Assembly: GCA_964187785.1 (NCBI GenBank) | Contig: OZ076412.1 | Span: 2,480,001 to 2,544,000 of the forward strand | Direction of reading: 5' to 3' | DNA length: 64,000 nt | Origin: Amphiscolops sp. MND2022 | Lineage: Eukaryota | Shown: positions 25,000 to 38,519 of the stretch, in pieces | Layout: each line of letters begins with the position of its first letter | Position numbering within the stretch: the stretch's first letter is position 1 | Made by a program: the position numbers and the translations under genes | The notes under the pieces: model-generated | What the model was told of the DNA's origin: nothing | Databases searched by the model: none | Seen by the model: the letters and a program-made list of their open reading frames with translations, nothing else

Positions 25000-27790
25000 A
25001 TATGTAATAAATTTCTTCGAACGCATCTCTGTCGCTCACAATTTCTAGAACACAAGCCGCATTGCCAATCTGAAGAGCCATTGAAATCCGCTGCTTCAAA
25101 AAGCTGCCAGCTCGTTGATCGTCGTGAGAACGACAGAGCATTTTACAAAGACGCGTGATTAAAATATCAGTGCTTTTACCTAATTAACCCTGTACTTCCA
25201 AGGCCACCAGTTGAAATATGTATCCATTGTCTATTAATTCGCGATACTTCTCAATTTTACGCGCTTCAGCCTCGGTGGCGGTGATTCCCGGGTTACAAAA
25301 AAACCTTGATTCAGGCGACTGCGTGCAAAACATCCACAACCGTGACATCCCACACCAGCTGTTTATCCATTTGCCAAGGAAACATGGTAAGACCGTCTGG
25401 GCGTTTGCCATCGTTTCGGTACAGTCCAAGCGGATCCAGCATTGAAGGCAAGTCGAGAGATCCCAACGTCTGCTTTATGAGAGAGTTGAGAGTAGGATGA
25501 CGTGAGAAGCGATCATCACTCTTGGTGCAAGAAAGACCGTGTAAACCGTCCCGTTCAACTCTTTCACCACAGTGTTACGTATGCGCAACACAAATGTTGG
25601 CTCCTGGCTCCGAGACGTAAAGCAATTGAAATCCGAAGTTGCTGATCATCAAGTTTCAGGACTAGGTTCTTACAAGGAACGACGTTCAGCCATTGAGATC
25701 CGAGTTTACCTTGATGAGTGTTGAAAACTTTCGAACGTTTGTCATCCATTCTAAAAATCAAATTTTGGGCGGTTTTGACTTCGACGTAAATAGGTTGTGT
25801 CCAAGTTTTTTGAGTTCCATCGTCAAGGTACCATAAGTTTATTTTCGACTCCACACTGTCAATCAGATCCTGAATAGAATCAGAAAATAAAGCTGGAGAC
25901 TCTGGATCTCCTTGCTGGGTCCCTTCACAAGATTTGATAACTGAATCACCGTAAAAAAAAAGAAAACTTGGCTGACTGTACGGGCTGGGGGCTTTCTGTC
26001 AAACAACGGAAAACATGTGAGGCCAACTCAGCGCCCCTTTTGGTGCCTACACCTACTTTTCGATTTCCATATCTTGCTTGACGAGATTCGATGACATGTT
26101 ATCCGGCATACTTTGCGGACAACCGACGGAAAGTATTGTCTATAGCGATAGGACGAATGTAACGTCAAGCTAACAGCTATATTCTAAGAGTGGAACAAGG
26201 CCCGGATTGTTTTAACAAGAGACCAGTGTCTTAAAACAACCTGAACACTAGCTTTTTGCCCCAAAATGGTCTCAATAGGGACTTTTCCATTAGTCTAAGG
26301 AGACTTCTCAAATTAGAGCTCCGTAGCGACGTGCCGGCACACGCAAAGTCCAGACCCGTCTCAAAAGCACGTAAAAACGTATCCTAGAGTACCTGCGTGT
26401 TCCTACATATCTCCGAGGTCAAAAAGGTAATCTTCCTGAAAAACCTTATATTTGCGAAACGAGATCTAAAATAAGCAAATAATGGATCTTCCAGGTCCAT
26501 CTCCATCACACATTTGTCAAACAACATATGTTACATAATTGACAAAATAACATAATTAACAAAGTACAACAACAAAACTAGAACATTTTGCTCTTTCATG
26601 AAGTTTCCAGAGTTCTCTGGGTGAACAATTGTTTGTTTTTGACTCTTTTCCGGGTTTTTCAGGACATCTTCCTGGTTAAACGGCACACAACTGTGATTTC
26701 GGACGTTTCTTTTCCTCTGGGATAGTGTATCTCGTCTCCGGTGGGGTTTCGGGTGTGCTGGGGGTCTCTTTTTTCTTTTTCTGTTCTCCTTTTTGATTTC
26801 AAGGACCTGCCGTGTTGGCCAAATTGACTCGCACATTGTCTGGTTTTTCATCGAATTCTTTAGATGTTGACTGGTGAACTTTTTCCATCGGGCTTTTTTT
26901 AGCGCAATTAGTATCGCACCAAAGAAGCACGGCCGAAGTTTGACAGGTACTTTTTCTTCGAGAATTACATTCACAAGATTTGTTAGGCTTTGAAAAAAAT
27001 CAGTCCAGTTTGCCCGTTCGACTTGGCAATCAAATCTTTCAAAATTTGGGGCGAAATGCCATCCAAATCTGCACTAAAGCCATTGAGGAAGATCATGAGC
27101 GCCTTGTGGACGAAAAACTTTGAGGTTGAAAATCAATCGATATCTGTGGGGTCCGAAACAGAGCAAGTTTCCCTTTGCGGATGTTTCAACTTCAGGGCAG
27201 CGTAGTTATCGACCGTGAAATCTGCAATCTTTTCGTCGCCTACAGCCATTGTGAATCCGGACTTAACCTTACCTTCGTCTAATTTAGTGCAAATGGAACG
27301 CAGTCGTCGATCTAACTCGCTTTTCTGCTGTGGTTTTCTGTCACGTTTCTGTCTTTTCTCAATGACACCATCTCGAATACGCTTGTTGATAGTTGCACTG
27401 AGTGATGACCTCTGATGCTTACCTCCTCGAGGTGGTTTTTCCAAAAAACAGCTTAGAGAGGAGACAAAAAGCACCACAAGGCAATGTTCGACGGGGTTTC
27501 ACAAATATCTTTAATTTTGGGTATCAAGTTTTCACCTAGGGTGATCCGTGAATTTTCAGGATCTCATTTCAAGTAAACAACGCCTGAATTAAAAAAGGTG
27601 TCTGGTTTAAAGGTATCATCCTGGCACTGAGGGATTGTGTTCACTAAAGAGCATCTACTACATTTCGTTTCAAAGCCTACAATTTACCCAGTCTATCAAC
27701 CCTGAGGGCTTCAGAGCGTTGCAGGTTTCGTTGTTTTTCATCACAACTCAACCTCGAATCCTAAACAGTTGCAGGAAAACCACATTTGGG
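25000..27790 (-). mobile_element. CRE-like retrotransposon copy within duplication unit 2
   Basis: Near-identical to 20640-23480, including the nested LTR fragment. Confidence 0.9.
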
Positions 27791-28149
27791 TATTCCCTAG
27801 CAGTTGTGTCAATATAACTAGTCCCGAACTTTCACCTGGCGTTGTGGTAGGCTCGCTAACCATCAGTCTTCTGTGTATTTTGGGAATTAAAATTGAATTC
27901 CGCTCCGCACTTGATTGCGCGATACAATTTCCCGATCGCTTGCCTCCTAATTTCTGACGATTCCATAGATTTTTTTGCAATTTTTGCATTTCCGTTGCAG
28001 ACCACGTGTGTGTGTCTTCTCCTCCCAACATGATGACACACATGGCACTTGATTGCTGACGAAGATCCATGATGTCTGATAAAGGAAAGATAGAGTTAAG
28101 GCGCTTGACAGGCTAGCTAGATCTGCATTGAGATGCAGGTTCTTCGTTG

Positions 28150-31100
28150 TCAGCCTAATTCTTGTGATAAACTTATTAAATAGATTAGATATGGTGGTGT
28201 GCAGATAAGAAGAAGCCCGAGTGGTATTCAAAGATCGGCCGAAGATGACGGGGGGAATCTCAATGCAGAATGTTCAACAAATGACGACGCATCGCAAAGC
28301 ATTTGCAAGAAGTGTGATGTGGAGGTCCTGAATGGTCAATTAGCATTAATGTGTGTCATGTGCTCTGTACGGTTTTATGAAGAATGTTCGGGTTTGTCCA
28401 AGAAGCAAAATTGTCATCGGAAAGATCGACGTCTGCAAGTGGTTCTGTGGTTGGTGTCGGGACAATGTGGATGATCGTGTCAAGTGTGTGTCTATCAATC
28501 CAGAAATGAAGAAGGACATCGAAGATATAAAAAGATAAGTAACCTCGTTTAATACCAATAAACCCACTTATGCATCCAAAGTTTCGGAACAAACTCCCAC
28601 TAAGGTATGTGAAACTTGCACTGATAATCGTAATAATCCTGATGAACAAACACTGTACATTCCAGGCACAATAGATGATGACATTCTTTTTCCTAGTGTA
28701 TTACAAAACTGAGGCTGTACACTCATTTCAACGGTATCAAACTGAATTTCACTTTTACCAACAATCTTGGGAAGATTGTACTTTCATTTAACAGCAAAGA
28801 CCGTTTCACTGGAGTTAAAAAAAGTGGCGTTCGAGTCTTCTCGGGACAGATACTAGAGTCTTTTTCACCGAATGAAAGCAAATCACATGGAGGTATAATC
28901 CGAGATGTGCCGGTTGAAATTTCCACTGATGACATCAAGAATGTTTTAGCTGGCGAAAAAGAGAAAAAATTCAAGTGATCCATGATCAAAGGCGGAAAGG
29001 CCATTCCTTTAGTGGAACTAGTTTTCCAGAAAGAATGCACATTCAAAATGGAATTACGCTAGAGTATATGTACTTCAAGATGGACCCAAAACGTTCCGCC
29101 AAACGGATTATTCAATGTTTCAACTGTCAACAACGGTGTAGTGTATCGACAATTTTGTAAAAACCAATCGTGGTGTGCCATCTGTGGCTACGAGAACCCA
29201 ACAAACCATCATAAAGAATATGTATGCCAGGAAAAACATGAATATGCAAAAGATTGTATCCCAACAAATGAAATCTACTGTGTGAATTGCGGCAAGGATC
29301 ACACAGCATTTGATAAAAACTGCGAAATGTACCAGGAAATGTGGAAAAAAGTTGAACAGAGTCAACTCGTGATGAACCAAATTCTCTTTGCTATGATTAT
29401 AAATAATGCAGGTCTCTCCGGTCACTCGTGTATTGCTATGGATAAATATATGAACGACAACAACATAAAAGTTGTTACGGTCTCTGAAAGTCATGGAAAA
29501 TTTCAGGGTTTTGGTAACTACGACATCCACCGCGCCCATTCAAACAAACTTGGTTGCTCCTTGCTCATACACAAACAATTAAATTCCTATGAAACGAAAA
29601 TACCACCCAGAGAAGGCGTTGATTGCTGTTTTGCAGCAATCTCTATTGAAAAGAGGAAGTTTTTGCTGGGATCAATATAGGTACATATAGGAAACACTGA
29701 AAACATCGAAAGTGCCCCCAGATGTTCTGGCCGAAGCGTATACGTTATGCAAAAATGAAAACAAAACCGGACCAATAATCTTCGGGGATTGGAATTCGAG
29801 GCATCCGCTATGGGGCAATAAATTAGAAACAAATATGGAAAATTACTCGCCGACTACTGTGCCGACAATAGTTTTTCTAAAATAAGTCCTCACCAGCCCA
29901 CTTTTGTCTCAGCAAGCAAGAAAAGTAGCATTATAACCGATTTTTGCTTCACTGAACAAAATTGCTCTGATCTGGTATGCAATGCACGAGTGATCGAGGA
30001 TATCGAATTTTTCTCAGGTGCTCCAGAGCAAAGTCATTGGCCTGTTTTATTTGATATAGAAAGTCCTGTGAAATATGATAATCCAAAACGGTGCGTGCTT
30101 AACTACAATCCGAAAGTCAGTAATCAAGTCAATGATTATATCGACATTTCATTTGTCCCTCTTATTGGTTCAGCTCAGGGGGCTGTACTGTCACCACTTT
30201 TGTTTATATTCTATATGAAGGGCTTTCTCCAAGATGCAGACTTAACATATAAGTATGCAGATGACAGTACTTCTCTTTCAAGCAAAGAAAACTTGAGTAC
30301 ATTAATAGAGAGGAGAACTATACACACAAATGGAGGCAGACGCTGAAAAAGACAAAACTGAACATATACATTTCTCAAAAGAAGTATTTCAGTCCGACAT
30401 TAAATTTGTTGAGAGAAGTAAATTATTTGGCCTATGGTTTGAACGAGATTTGAGTTTCAAAACACATGCTACCGTTATATCCGCCTCATAGGCTAATTTC
30501 TGGAAAAAAACTAGTATACGTATAACGCAAGGATTAAATCCGTTTTACAATGTACGTATCTTTGATTCATATGTAAAACCACGTGTCACGTACTGTATGA
30601 CTATTTCGTTTCATCTAAATATAATATCTCTGGACAAGATGTGATGGAGTGTTCCAAAATCTATCTTTGGGATAAGAAACTACCAAGTATCGAAACACGT
30701 AGTTAGTGTTTTAAGCCTATGGCCTCATTTTCTAGGCCTCATTCTCTACTCTACACTAATCAAGTATCAATGATTCTACATTCCACTGCTAGAAGGCTAG
30801 AAGTGCAGATATTCTAAACCCAGGTAATTTAGCAATCATACCCCAACATATTATTATGGCGAGATTATTTTTGGTACACAAACTTTCAATTGTAAATCGT
30901 GATCCTGATGAAACTTGAGGGGTGTCTGTAAATAGGTCGAATTTTTTTGGTCGAAAGGACAGAGGTCGAACTTTTTGATCGAATTGCAGGGATCGAATGG
31001 AATGCGGTCGAATTTTATCGTATTTGTTGTATGGCTCGGTCGCTTCGCTCCCTTCGCCAAGTAGCAACATTGAGGCATGGCCGAATGGCACGTCGCTTCG

Positions 31101-31752
31101 CTCCTGCATTCAGGGCACTAGGGGTATGTGAACATATCTGACTACGTTATGAAAATTTCGATCCGAGTTGTTTCGATGCCATTCAAAAAATTGGTATGTC
31201 GACCTGAGGACTAACTCTGATTTTCGATCCCGTTCCTTCGACCTATTTCCGCCAACCAAAACTTGAGCAATATTCGGACAATATGCTAGACAATCCTCAG
31301 TCAGTACTTTTAAGAAGGAGGTGGATGAGTATTGCACGCACTTATGGCAACGAGAACTAAAGCAAGGTCTTATGTACTCAAATTACTCAGGGCTTAAAGT
31401 AAGAAACAGCATCATGAAAATGCTAGCACCATATCATAGGAAAATTTTCTGTCAAAACGCTAGGTGTTCCAATGAATGATTTCGAAGTACGCGAAGTATT
31501 ATTCAGAAGTAATAGGAGCAAAACCGATATTTGTCCCGATACTGTAGAGTTGTCGATGATACTGCACACTTCTTATTTTCCTGTGTCTCATACCAAGAAC
31601 ACCGGAGGAGTTTCATTGAGGAGCTTGAATTTTTTTTTAAAAAATTGATGAAACGCTAGTTGGTTTGCTAAAATGCGAAAACAAGCATGTTATAAGCGCG
31701 TTGGCTGGCTTTAATGCAAGCATCGATTAATTCTTATAACCCTGCAATCCTC
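28150..31752 (+). mobile_element. I/Jockey-like LINE, decayed: ORF1 (PHD, CCHC knuckles), APE endonuclease, internally deleted RT, C-terminal knuckle
   Basis: QCFNCQ, CAICG...H and CVNCGKDHTAF (ORF1). INNAGL...TVSESH and LLGSI (APE). AQGAVLSPLLF...YKYADD (RT) and DDTAHFLFSC. The 3' UTR resumes after the solo LTR at ~33821-33920. Confidence 0.85.
30925..31253. mobile_element. MITE inserted in the LINE; GGTCGAA array, CGCTTCGCTCC hairpins
   Basis: Inverted AAATAGGTCGAA (~30930) / TTCGACCTATTT (~31237). The internal CAGGGCACTAGGGGTATGTGAACATATC resembles the end of module A. Confidence 0.65.
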
Positions 31753-33815
31753 TGTTACGACTATTCACTGGTGTTGTTTTAGAGTTAGTCGCAGTGTGGA
31801 TTTTAATTGGAGTAGACGTCCTTGCTACGGAAACATTCTCTGGTTCGGAGTCTGAGTCTTGAGCATTCATGGGAATAGTTTGCTTCTTGTTTGACGGTGC
31901 TATCAGCTTAAGCATTTCTTTTTGATTTTCAGCGAGTATTTTCGTTAAATCAGACATGATCTCTTTTCTTAGAGTGGTTTTCATCTCCTCCAGGTTTTCA
32001 AGCTCAAGTCTAGGGTTTTTACTAGAACTAGCTGTTAAATTTTCAGTAGGATTGTTCTCAGCTAAAGAAGCTTCAAAGTCTCCTGACACTAGCTCGGCTA
32101 CGGTTTTCCTTTTCTGACTCCTAGTAGTCATTTTAGAGAGAGAGAGGATTTATTCTTTGGAATATTTGAATTCTTCAAAGATTTGGGTTTTTCTAACGCG
32201 TTTTGGAAACGGAACAGAACAAGTTGTTACTAAGCAGATTAAAAGACTAACTCACTTACATGTATGTTTTACATATTTATACCTTCCCAGCATCATTTGT
32301 TCCTCACCTAAAAATTCCTAGGTATCGTAAAAATTAGTCAGCATCCAAGTTAGGAAATTGAGATTCGATGCAAAAGAATGACACTCAAAAATGACGACGG
32401 AAATGAAACGGAATTATGAATTTTAGTGAATGAAAATGTCTAGTTATTATGGAGGATAAATGATGCTGAAAGGATTTCACTAGAACACTTCAGAACCATT
32501 GTTATACATGACAAAAATACTTATTTAGTACAAAACTGCACAAAATGCAAACACAATGATAATTGTAACGAAAATCATGAGGTATAAACTTCTGATGTTG
32601 TTATTTCAACATTAGTACAAAAACATCGAAATGAGAGTTGTTCACAGTACAAAGGGAGCTTCATGGCATTTTCAACTCTACCTGCATTAATTGGAAGGAT
32701 TATTTAGCACAACTAGCACCAAACGTTATCCCCACGTTGTCCTTTTAACTACGTCGACACAACGTAATGATATATTATTAGGTGTTAATCTTTTAAAAGG
32801 GAGTCTCGTGCAACGTGGTGCTAACGTATTACCTTTACGATGCAGGATTAAAATACACTGTGAACTTTCAATTCTTTCTTACAGTACAGCTTTTTTTGGG
32901 TAAAGTTATTTCTGAATATGTTAGAATGCGTCGATTCGAAAAACCCTTATTTGATTTCCGTTTTAGCTACTGTTTCATTACTACCACTTCATGAATTGTT
33001 CCGTAGATGCTCCGTATGTATAAAGATTACTTATAGCCAAGCGGCGGAATACAATTTTACAATCTGCTCCGTAAGTGCTCCGTATGTATTAAGATTGCTT
33101 ATAGCTGAGCAGCGGTAGCAAGCGGAGTGAAAACGGAGAGCGTATGCGATTTTATTCTCTTCTCTTAGCTAGTAAGCGTTGCTAGGGGCAACCAAGCGTA
33201 ATTCTACTGGTGCGAGTTTAGATAATTCCGCCGGCAAGCGACGCTATTGGTCCGTAAAAATAGAAACACCCGTTGCTAGCCTAGTTGAGTGACGCTGTCA
33301 TAGCGTTGTATATCTTTACTTAAAAATCACTAGGCTAAGGTTTTAAGTGGATATTTAACAACTATTCTAGTATTGGAATACATTTCCACTCTGTTTTTGT
33401 ATGTCCTTTCATTTTAGATCTTATGGACTCCGTTGGGATCTCGGAGTTAAATGTCGTTTCTGCGTTTTCATTTTAGTGTGGAGCGCCAAAATGATCCCGT
33501 TTGTAAAATTATTTAGTATTTAGATTGGAATGGAAAACTCAGAAGATAAAACCGGAAATAAAGCGGTGTTGCATGTGAAAACATTAGACCGGAAGTTTTA
33601 GCTAGTTTAAAGTCATTTCTGAAAATCTTCCGTAATGTTTACGTTGAATTCCGTATTTGGGAAATTATTCGCGCTTATTTAGCTGTACTGTAAGTAGAAT
33701 TTTGATTAGTTTAGTAAGGTTCAAAAGTATTTACTTTGCCCTTGTCCGCGTCCTCTGCCGAATCCTGGTATCCCAGAGCAGCAAATAAAATTACGACCGG
33801 GAGCGGGTCGTGACA
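31753..33815 (-). mobile_element. Gypsy-type solo LTR (2063 bp) containing a ~126-codon ORF
   Basis: Termini TGTCACGAC...GTCGTAACA on the - strand, 5-bp TSD TCCTC at 31748-31752 and 33816-33820. ORF MTTRSQKRK... starts at 32131 and runs to the LTR end. Confidence 0.9.
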
Positions 33816-34689
33816 TCCTCACTTGCCTACCTTTTGTGTCAATTATATTATACTATTTTCTTTGTTCTGGAATCAATATTAGAAAGTCATTTGTACTGCC
33901 ACATCCCGAAGGTTAATTGATTTCTTCTTCGTTATAGCAGTCAGTAGACGATGCAGGCTCAATAGATGGCAAGAAGCAAGTGAAAATATCCTATCTCTCA
34001 AAGAATCATCTTTACAGACTATTTTGAATGTTACAGTGGAAAGCACAGTGTAGAATTTTACTTCATTTTCTGTTGAGTGTTTGTTTACGTTATCCGTCCT
34101 TTTGTATTTCTCAGAACTACAAATAAACCGATAAAATTTCCCATGACAGCTGATGTGATAATTCTGAGAAATTCATGAAATAAGTTACCAGTTTTTGGTA
34201 ACTAGTAGATAGTAGTATCGATATTAGTATTATTTTCTACTAGTATCGGTAGCCGGCTAGCACTAACAATCTCTGATAGAAAAGTTATTGCTTGAAAAAT
34301 GATCTCACCCTAATTTCCTGGTTTAGGAAACGTAGATTTTTTAAGTAAAAGGAATGTCAATGTATATTTAAAAAGTTTTTCGATCGTTAAACAGATCATC
34401 ATCAATTAAGTTACGTGTCTGAAATGACATCGATGGATAAACATGTAAAACTGGATATCAAGTAAAAGTAGATTTTTTAAACCTGTATATCATTGCAGCT
34501 TTTTGAAACTTGTTTCGTATCTTGTTTGCTAATGCCTCAACCCCCCCCCCCCTCAAAAAAAAGTTTTCGTAATTTCAGTGTAAAAATTGATGGGTAGTCA
34601 TTTCGGTAATCATTTCGGACCGAACTATTTTACGAGGTTTTTTACTACCAGTTTTTCAGAAGTGACGAAATGTTTTTTAGGTTCATGTT

Positions 34690-35222
34690 GTTAATGCAGT
34701 GTAAGTGAAAAACTCCTTTTTCGAATCAATGATCGCTTTGTCTTGTTCACACAAGTGTGAAACGAAGCTGACTCATGGTTTCTAACATGACCTCTACTTT
34801 CCGTTCACAACATCGTGGAAACATGCGAGCAATACATTTTAATATGGGAATTATTTTATTTCTGCGTAGATGGATATTCTGTGCTAAAATTTTGGGGGAC
34901 AGATAAATCTCCTGGCAGTAGGCTGGGGCATTAGCAAACAAGATCCCTTGTTTCTACCGGTCGACTGGGATAGTGGCTGGTATGAATAGTTTGTTGGTTG
35001 TTTTTTTTTGTTATTTCTCGCTCCACACGATTGGAAATCAAATGCATATATTTTTCAAAAGTTTTCACTGATATGATACCGAACTTCGAAAGCTTCCGAG
35101 TGTACTCACTCTCAACAAAGGCAAAGGGCTTCAATTCAAGGCAGACCCACTCAAGCCATCCATATATAGTCTCACTTTTCTTGCAGTTTTCCAAAACTTT
35201 TCCAAAACAAGCCACATTGGGA
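34690..35222 (-). mobile_element. hAT-like transposase fragment (duplicated copy)
   Basis: IYGWLEWVCLELKPFAFVES...TFEKYM in ORF 34931..35215, following the BED finger in the copy at 38520-40993. Confidence 0.65.
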
Positions 35223-35581
35223 AGTTGTAAGAAACAGCATCATGAAAATGCTAGCACCATATCATAGGAAAATTTTCTGTCAAAACGCTAGGTGTTCCAA
35301 TGAATGATTTCGAAATACGCGAAGTATTATTCAGAAGTAATAGGAGCAAAACCGATATTTGTCCCGATACTGTAGAGTTGTCGATGATACTGCACACTTC
35401 TTATTTTCCTGTGTCTCATACCAAGAACACCGGAGGAGTTTCATTGAGGAGCTTGAAATTTTTTTAAAAAAAATTGATGAAACGCTAGTTGGTTTGCTAA
35501 AATGCGAAAACAAGCATGTTATAGGCGCGTTGGCTGGCTTTAATGCAAGCATCGATTGATTCTTATAACCCTGCAATCCTC

Positions 35582-37646
35582 TGTTACGACTATTCACTGG
35601 TGTTGTTTTAGAGTTAGTCGCAGTGTGGATTTTAATTGGAGTAGACGTCCTTGCTACGGAAACATTCTCTGGTTCGGAGTCTGAGTCTTGAGCATTCATG
35701 TGAATAGTTTGCTTCTTGTTTGACGGTGCTATCAGCTTAAGCATTTCTTTTTGATTTTCAGCGAGTATTTTCGTTAAATCAGACATGATCTCTTTTCTTA
35801 GAGTGGTTTTCATCTCCTCCAGGTTTTCAAGCTCAAGTCTAGGGTTTTTACTGGAACTAGCTGTTAAATTTTCAGTAGGATTGTTCTCAGCTAAAGAAGC
35901 TTCAAAGTCTCCTGACACTAGCTCGGCTACGGTTTTCCTTTTCTGACTCCTAGTAGTCATTTTAGAGAGAGAGAGAGGATTTATTCTTTGGAATATTTGA
36001 ATTCTTCAAAGATTTGGGTTTTTCTAACGCGTTTTGGAAACGGAACAGAACAAGTTGTTACTAAGCAGATTAAAAGACTTACTCACTTACATGTATGTTT
36101 TACATATTTATACCTTCCCAGCATCATTTGTTCCTCACCTAAAAATTCCTAGGTATCGTAAAAATTAGTCAGCATCCAAGTTAGGAAATTGAGATTCGAT
36201 GCAAAAGAATGACACTCAAAAATGACGACGGAAATGAAACGGAATTATGAATTTTAGTGAATGAAAATGTCTAGTTATTATGGAGGATAAATGATGCTGA
36301 AAGGATTTCACTAGAACACTTCAGAACCATTGTTATACATGACAAAAATACTTATTTAGTACAAAACTGCACAAAATGCAAACACAATGATAATTGTAAC
36401 GAAAATCATGAGGTATAAACTTCTGATGTTGTTATTTCAACATTAGTACAAAAACATCGAAATGAGAGTTGTTCACAGTACAAAGGGAGCTTCATGGCAT
36501 TTTCAACTCTACCTGCATTAATTGGAAGGATTATTTAGCACAACTAGCACCAAACGTTATCCCCACGTTGTCCTTTTAACTACGTCGACACAACGTAATG
36601 ATATATTATTAGGTGTTAATCTTTTAAAAGGGAGTCTCGTGCAACGTGGTGCTAACGTATTACCTTTACGATGCAGGATTAAAATACACTGTGAACTTTC
36701 AATTCTTTCTTACAGTACAGCTTTTTTTGGGTAAAGTTATTTCTGAATATGTTAGAATGCGTCGATTCGAAAAACCCTTATTTGATTTCCGTTTTAGCTA
36801 CTGTTTCATTACTACCACTTCATGAATTGTTCCGTAGATGCTCCGTATGTATAAAGATTACTTATAGCCAAGCGGCGGAATACAATTTTACAATCTGCTC
36901 CGTAAGTGCTCCGTATGTATTAAGATTGCTTATAGCTGAGCAGCGGTAGCAAGCGGAGTGAAAACGGAGAGCGTATGCGATTTTATTCTCTTCTCTTAGC
37001 TAGTAAGCGTTGCTAGGGGCAACCAAGCGTAATTCTACTGGTGCGAGTTTAGATAATTCCGCCGGCAAGCGACGCTATTGGTCCGTAAAAATAGAAACAC
37101 CCGTTGCTAGCCTAGTTGAGTGACGCTGTCATAGCGTTGTATATCTTTACTTAAAAATCACTAGGCTAAGGTTTTAAGTGGATATTTAACAACTATTCTA
37201 GTATTGGAATACATTTCCACTCTGTTTTTGTATGTCCTTTCATTTTAGATCTTATGGACTCCGTTGGGATCTCGGAGTTAAATGTCGTTTCTGCGTTTTC
37301 ATTTTAGTGTGGAGCGCCAAAATGATCCCGTTTGTAAAATTATTTAGTATTTAGATTGGAATGGAAAACTCAGAAGATAAAACCGGAAATAAAGCGGTGT
37401 TGCATGTGAAAACATTAGACCGGAAGTTTTAGCTAGTTTAAAGTCATTTCTGAAAATCTTCCGTAATGTTTACGTTGAATTCCGTATTTGGGAAATTATT
37501 CGCGCTTATTTAGCTGTACTGTAAGTAGAATTTTGATTAGTTTAGTAAGGTTCAAAAGTATTTACTTTGCCCTTGTCCGCGTCCTCTGCCGAATCCTGGT
37601 ATCCCAGAGCAGCAAATAAAATTACGACCGGGAGCGGGTCGTGACA
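35582..37646 (-). mobile_element. Duplicate of the solo LTR
   Basis: Same termini and TSD TCCTC (35577-35581, 37647-37651). Confidence 0.9.
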
Positions 37647-38519
37647 TCCTCACTTGCCTATCTTTTGTGTCAATTATATTATACTATTTTCTTTGTTCTG
37701 GAATCAATAATAGAAAGTCATTTGTACTGCCACATCCCGAAGGTTAATTGATTTCTTCTTCGTTATAGCAGTCAGTAGACGATGCAGGCTCAATAGATGG
37801 CAAGAAGCAAGTGAAAATATCCTATCTCTCAAAGAATCATCTTTACAGACTATTTTGAATGTTACAGTGGAAAGCACAGTGTAGAATTTTACTTCATTTT
37901 CTGTTGAGTGTTTGTTTACGTTATCCGTCCTTTTGTATTCCTCAGAACTACAAATAAACCGATAAAATTTCCCATGACAGCTGATGTGATAATTCTGAGA
38001 AATTCATGAAATTAGTTACCAGTTTTTGGTAACTTGTAGATAGTAGTATTGATATTAGTATTATTTTCTACTAGTATCGGTAGCCGGCTAGCACTAACAA
38101 TCTCTGATAGAAAAGTTATTGCTTGAAAAATGATCTCACCCTAATTTCCTGGTTTAGGAAACGTAGATTTTTTAAGTAAAAGGAATGTCAATGTATATTT
38201 AAAAAGTTTTTCGATCGTTAAACAGATCATCATCAATTAAGTTACGTGTCTGAAATGACATCGATGGATAAACATGTAAAACTGGATATCAAGTAAAAGT
38301 AGATTTTTTAAACCTGTATATCATTGCAGCTTTTTGAAACTTGTTTCGTATCTTGTTTGCTAATGCCTCAACCCCCCCCCCTCAAAAAAAAGTTTTCGTA
38401 ATTTCAGTGTAAAAATTGATGGGTAGTCATTTCGGTAATCATTTCGGACCGAACTATTTTACGAGGTTTTTTACTACCAGTTTTTCAGAAGTGACGAAAT
38501 GTTTTTTAGGTTCAGGTTG

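Larger units (their letters stand above)
20478..29133 (+). repeat. Tandem segmental duplication 1: units 20478-24833 (4356 bp) and 24834-29133 (4300 bp)
   Basis: ORF pairs are offset by 4356 (20828/25184, 20862/25218, 20950/25306). The second copy has a ~60-bp deletion near 27660. Junction CAACAA|GACACAC with AA microhomology. Confidence 0.95.
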
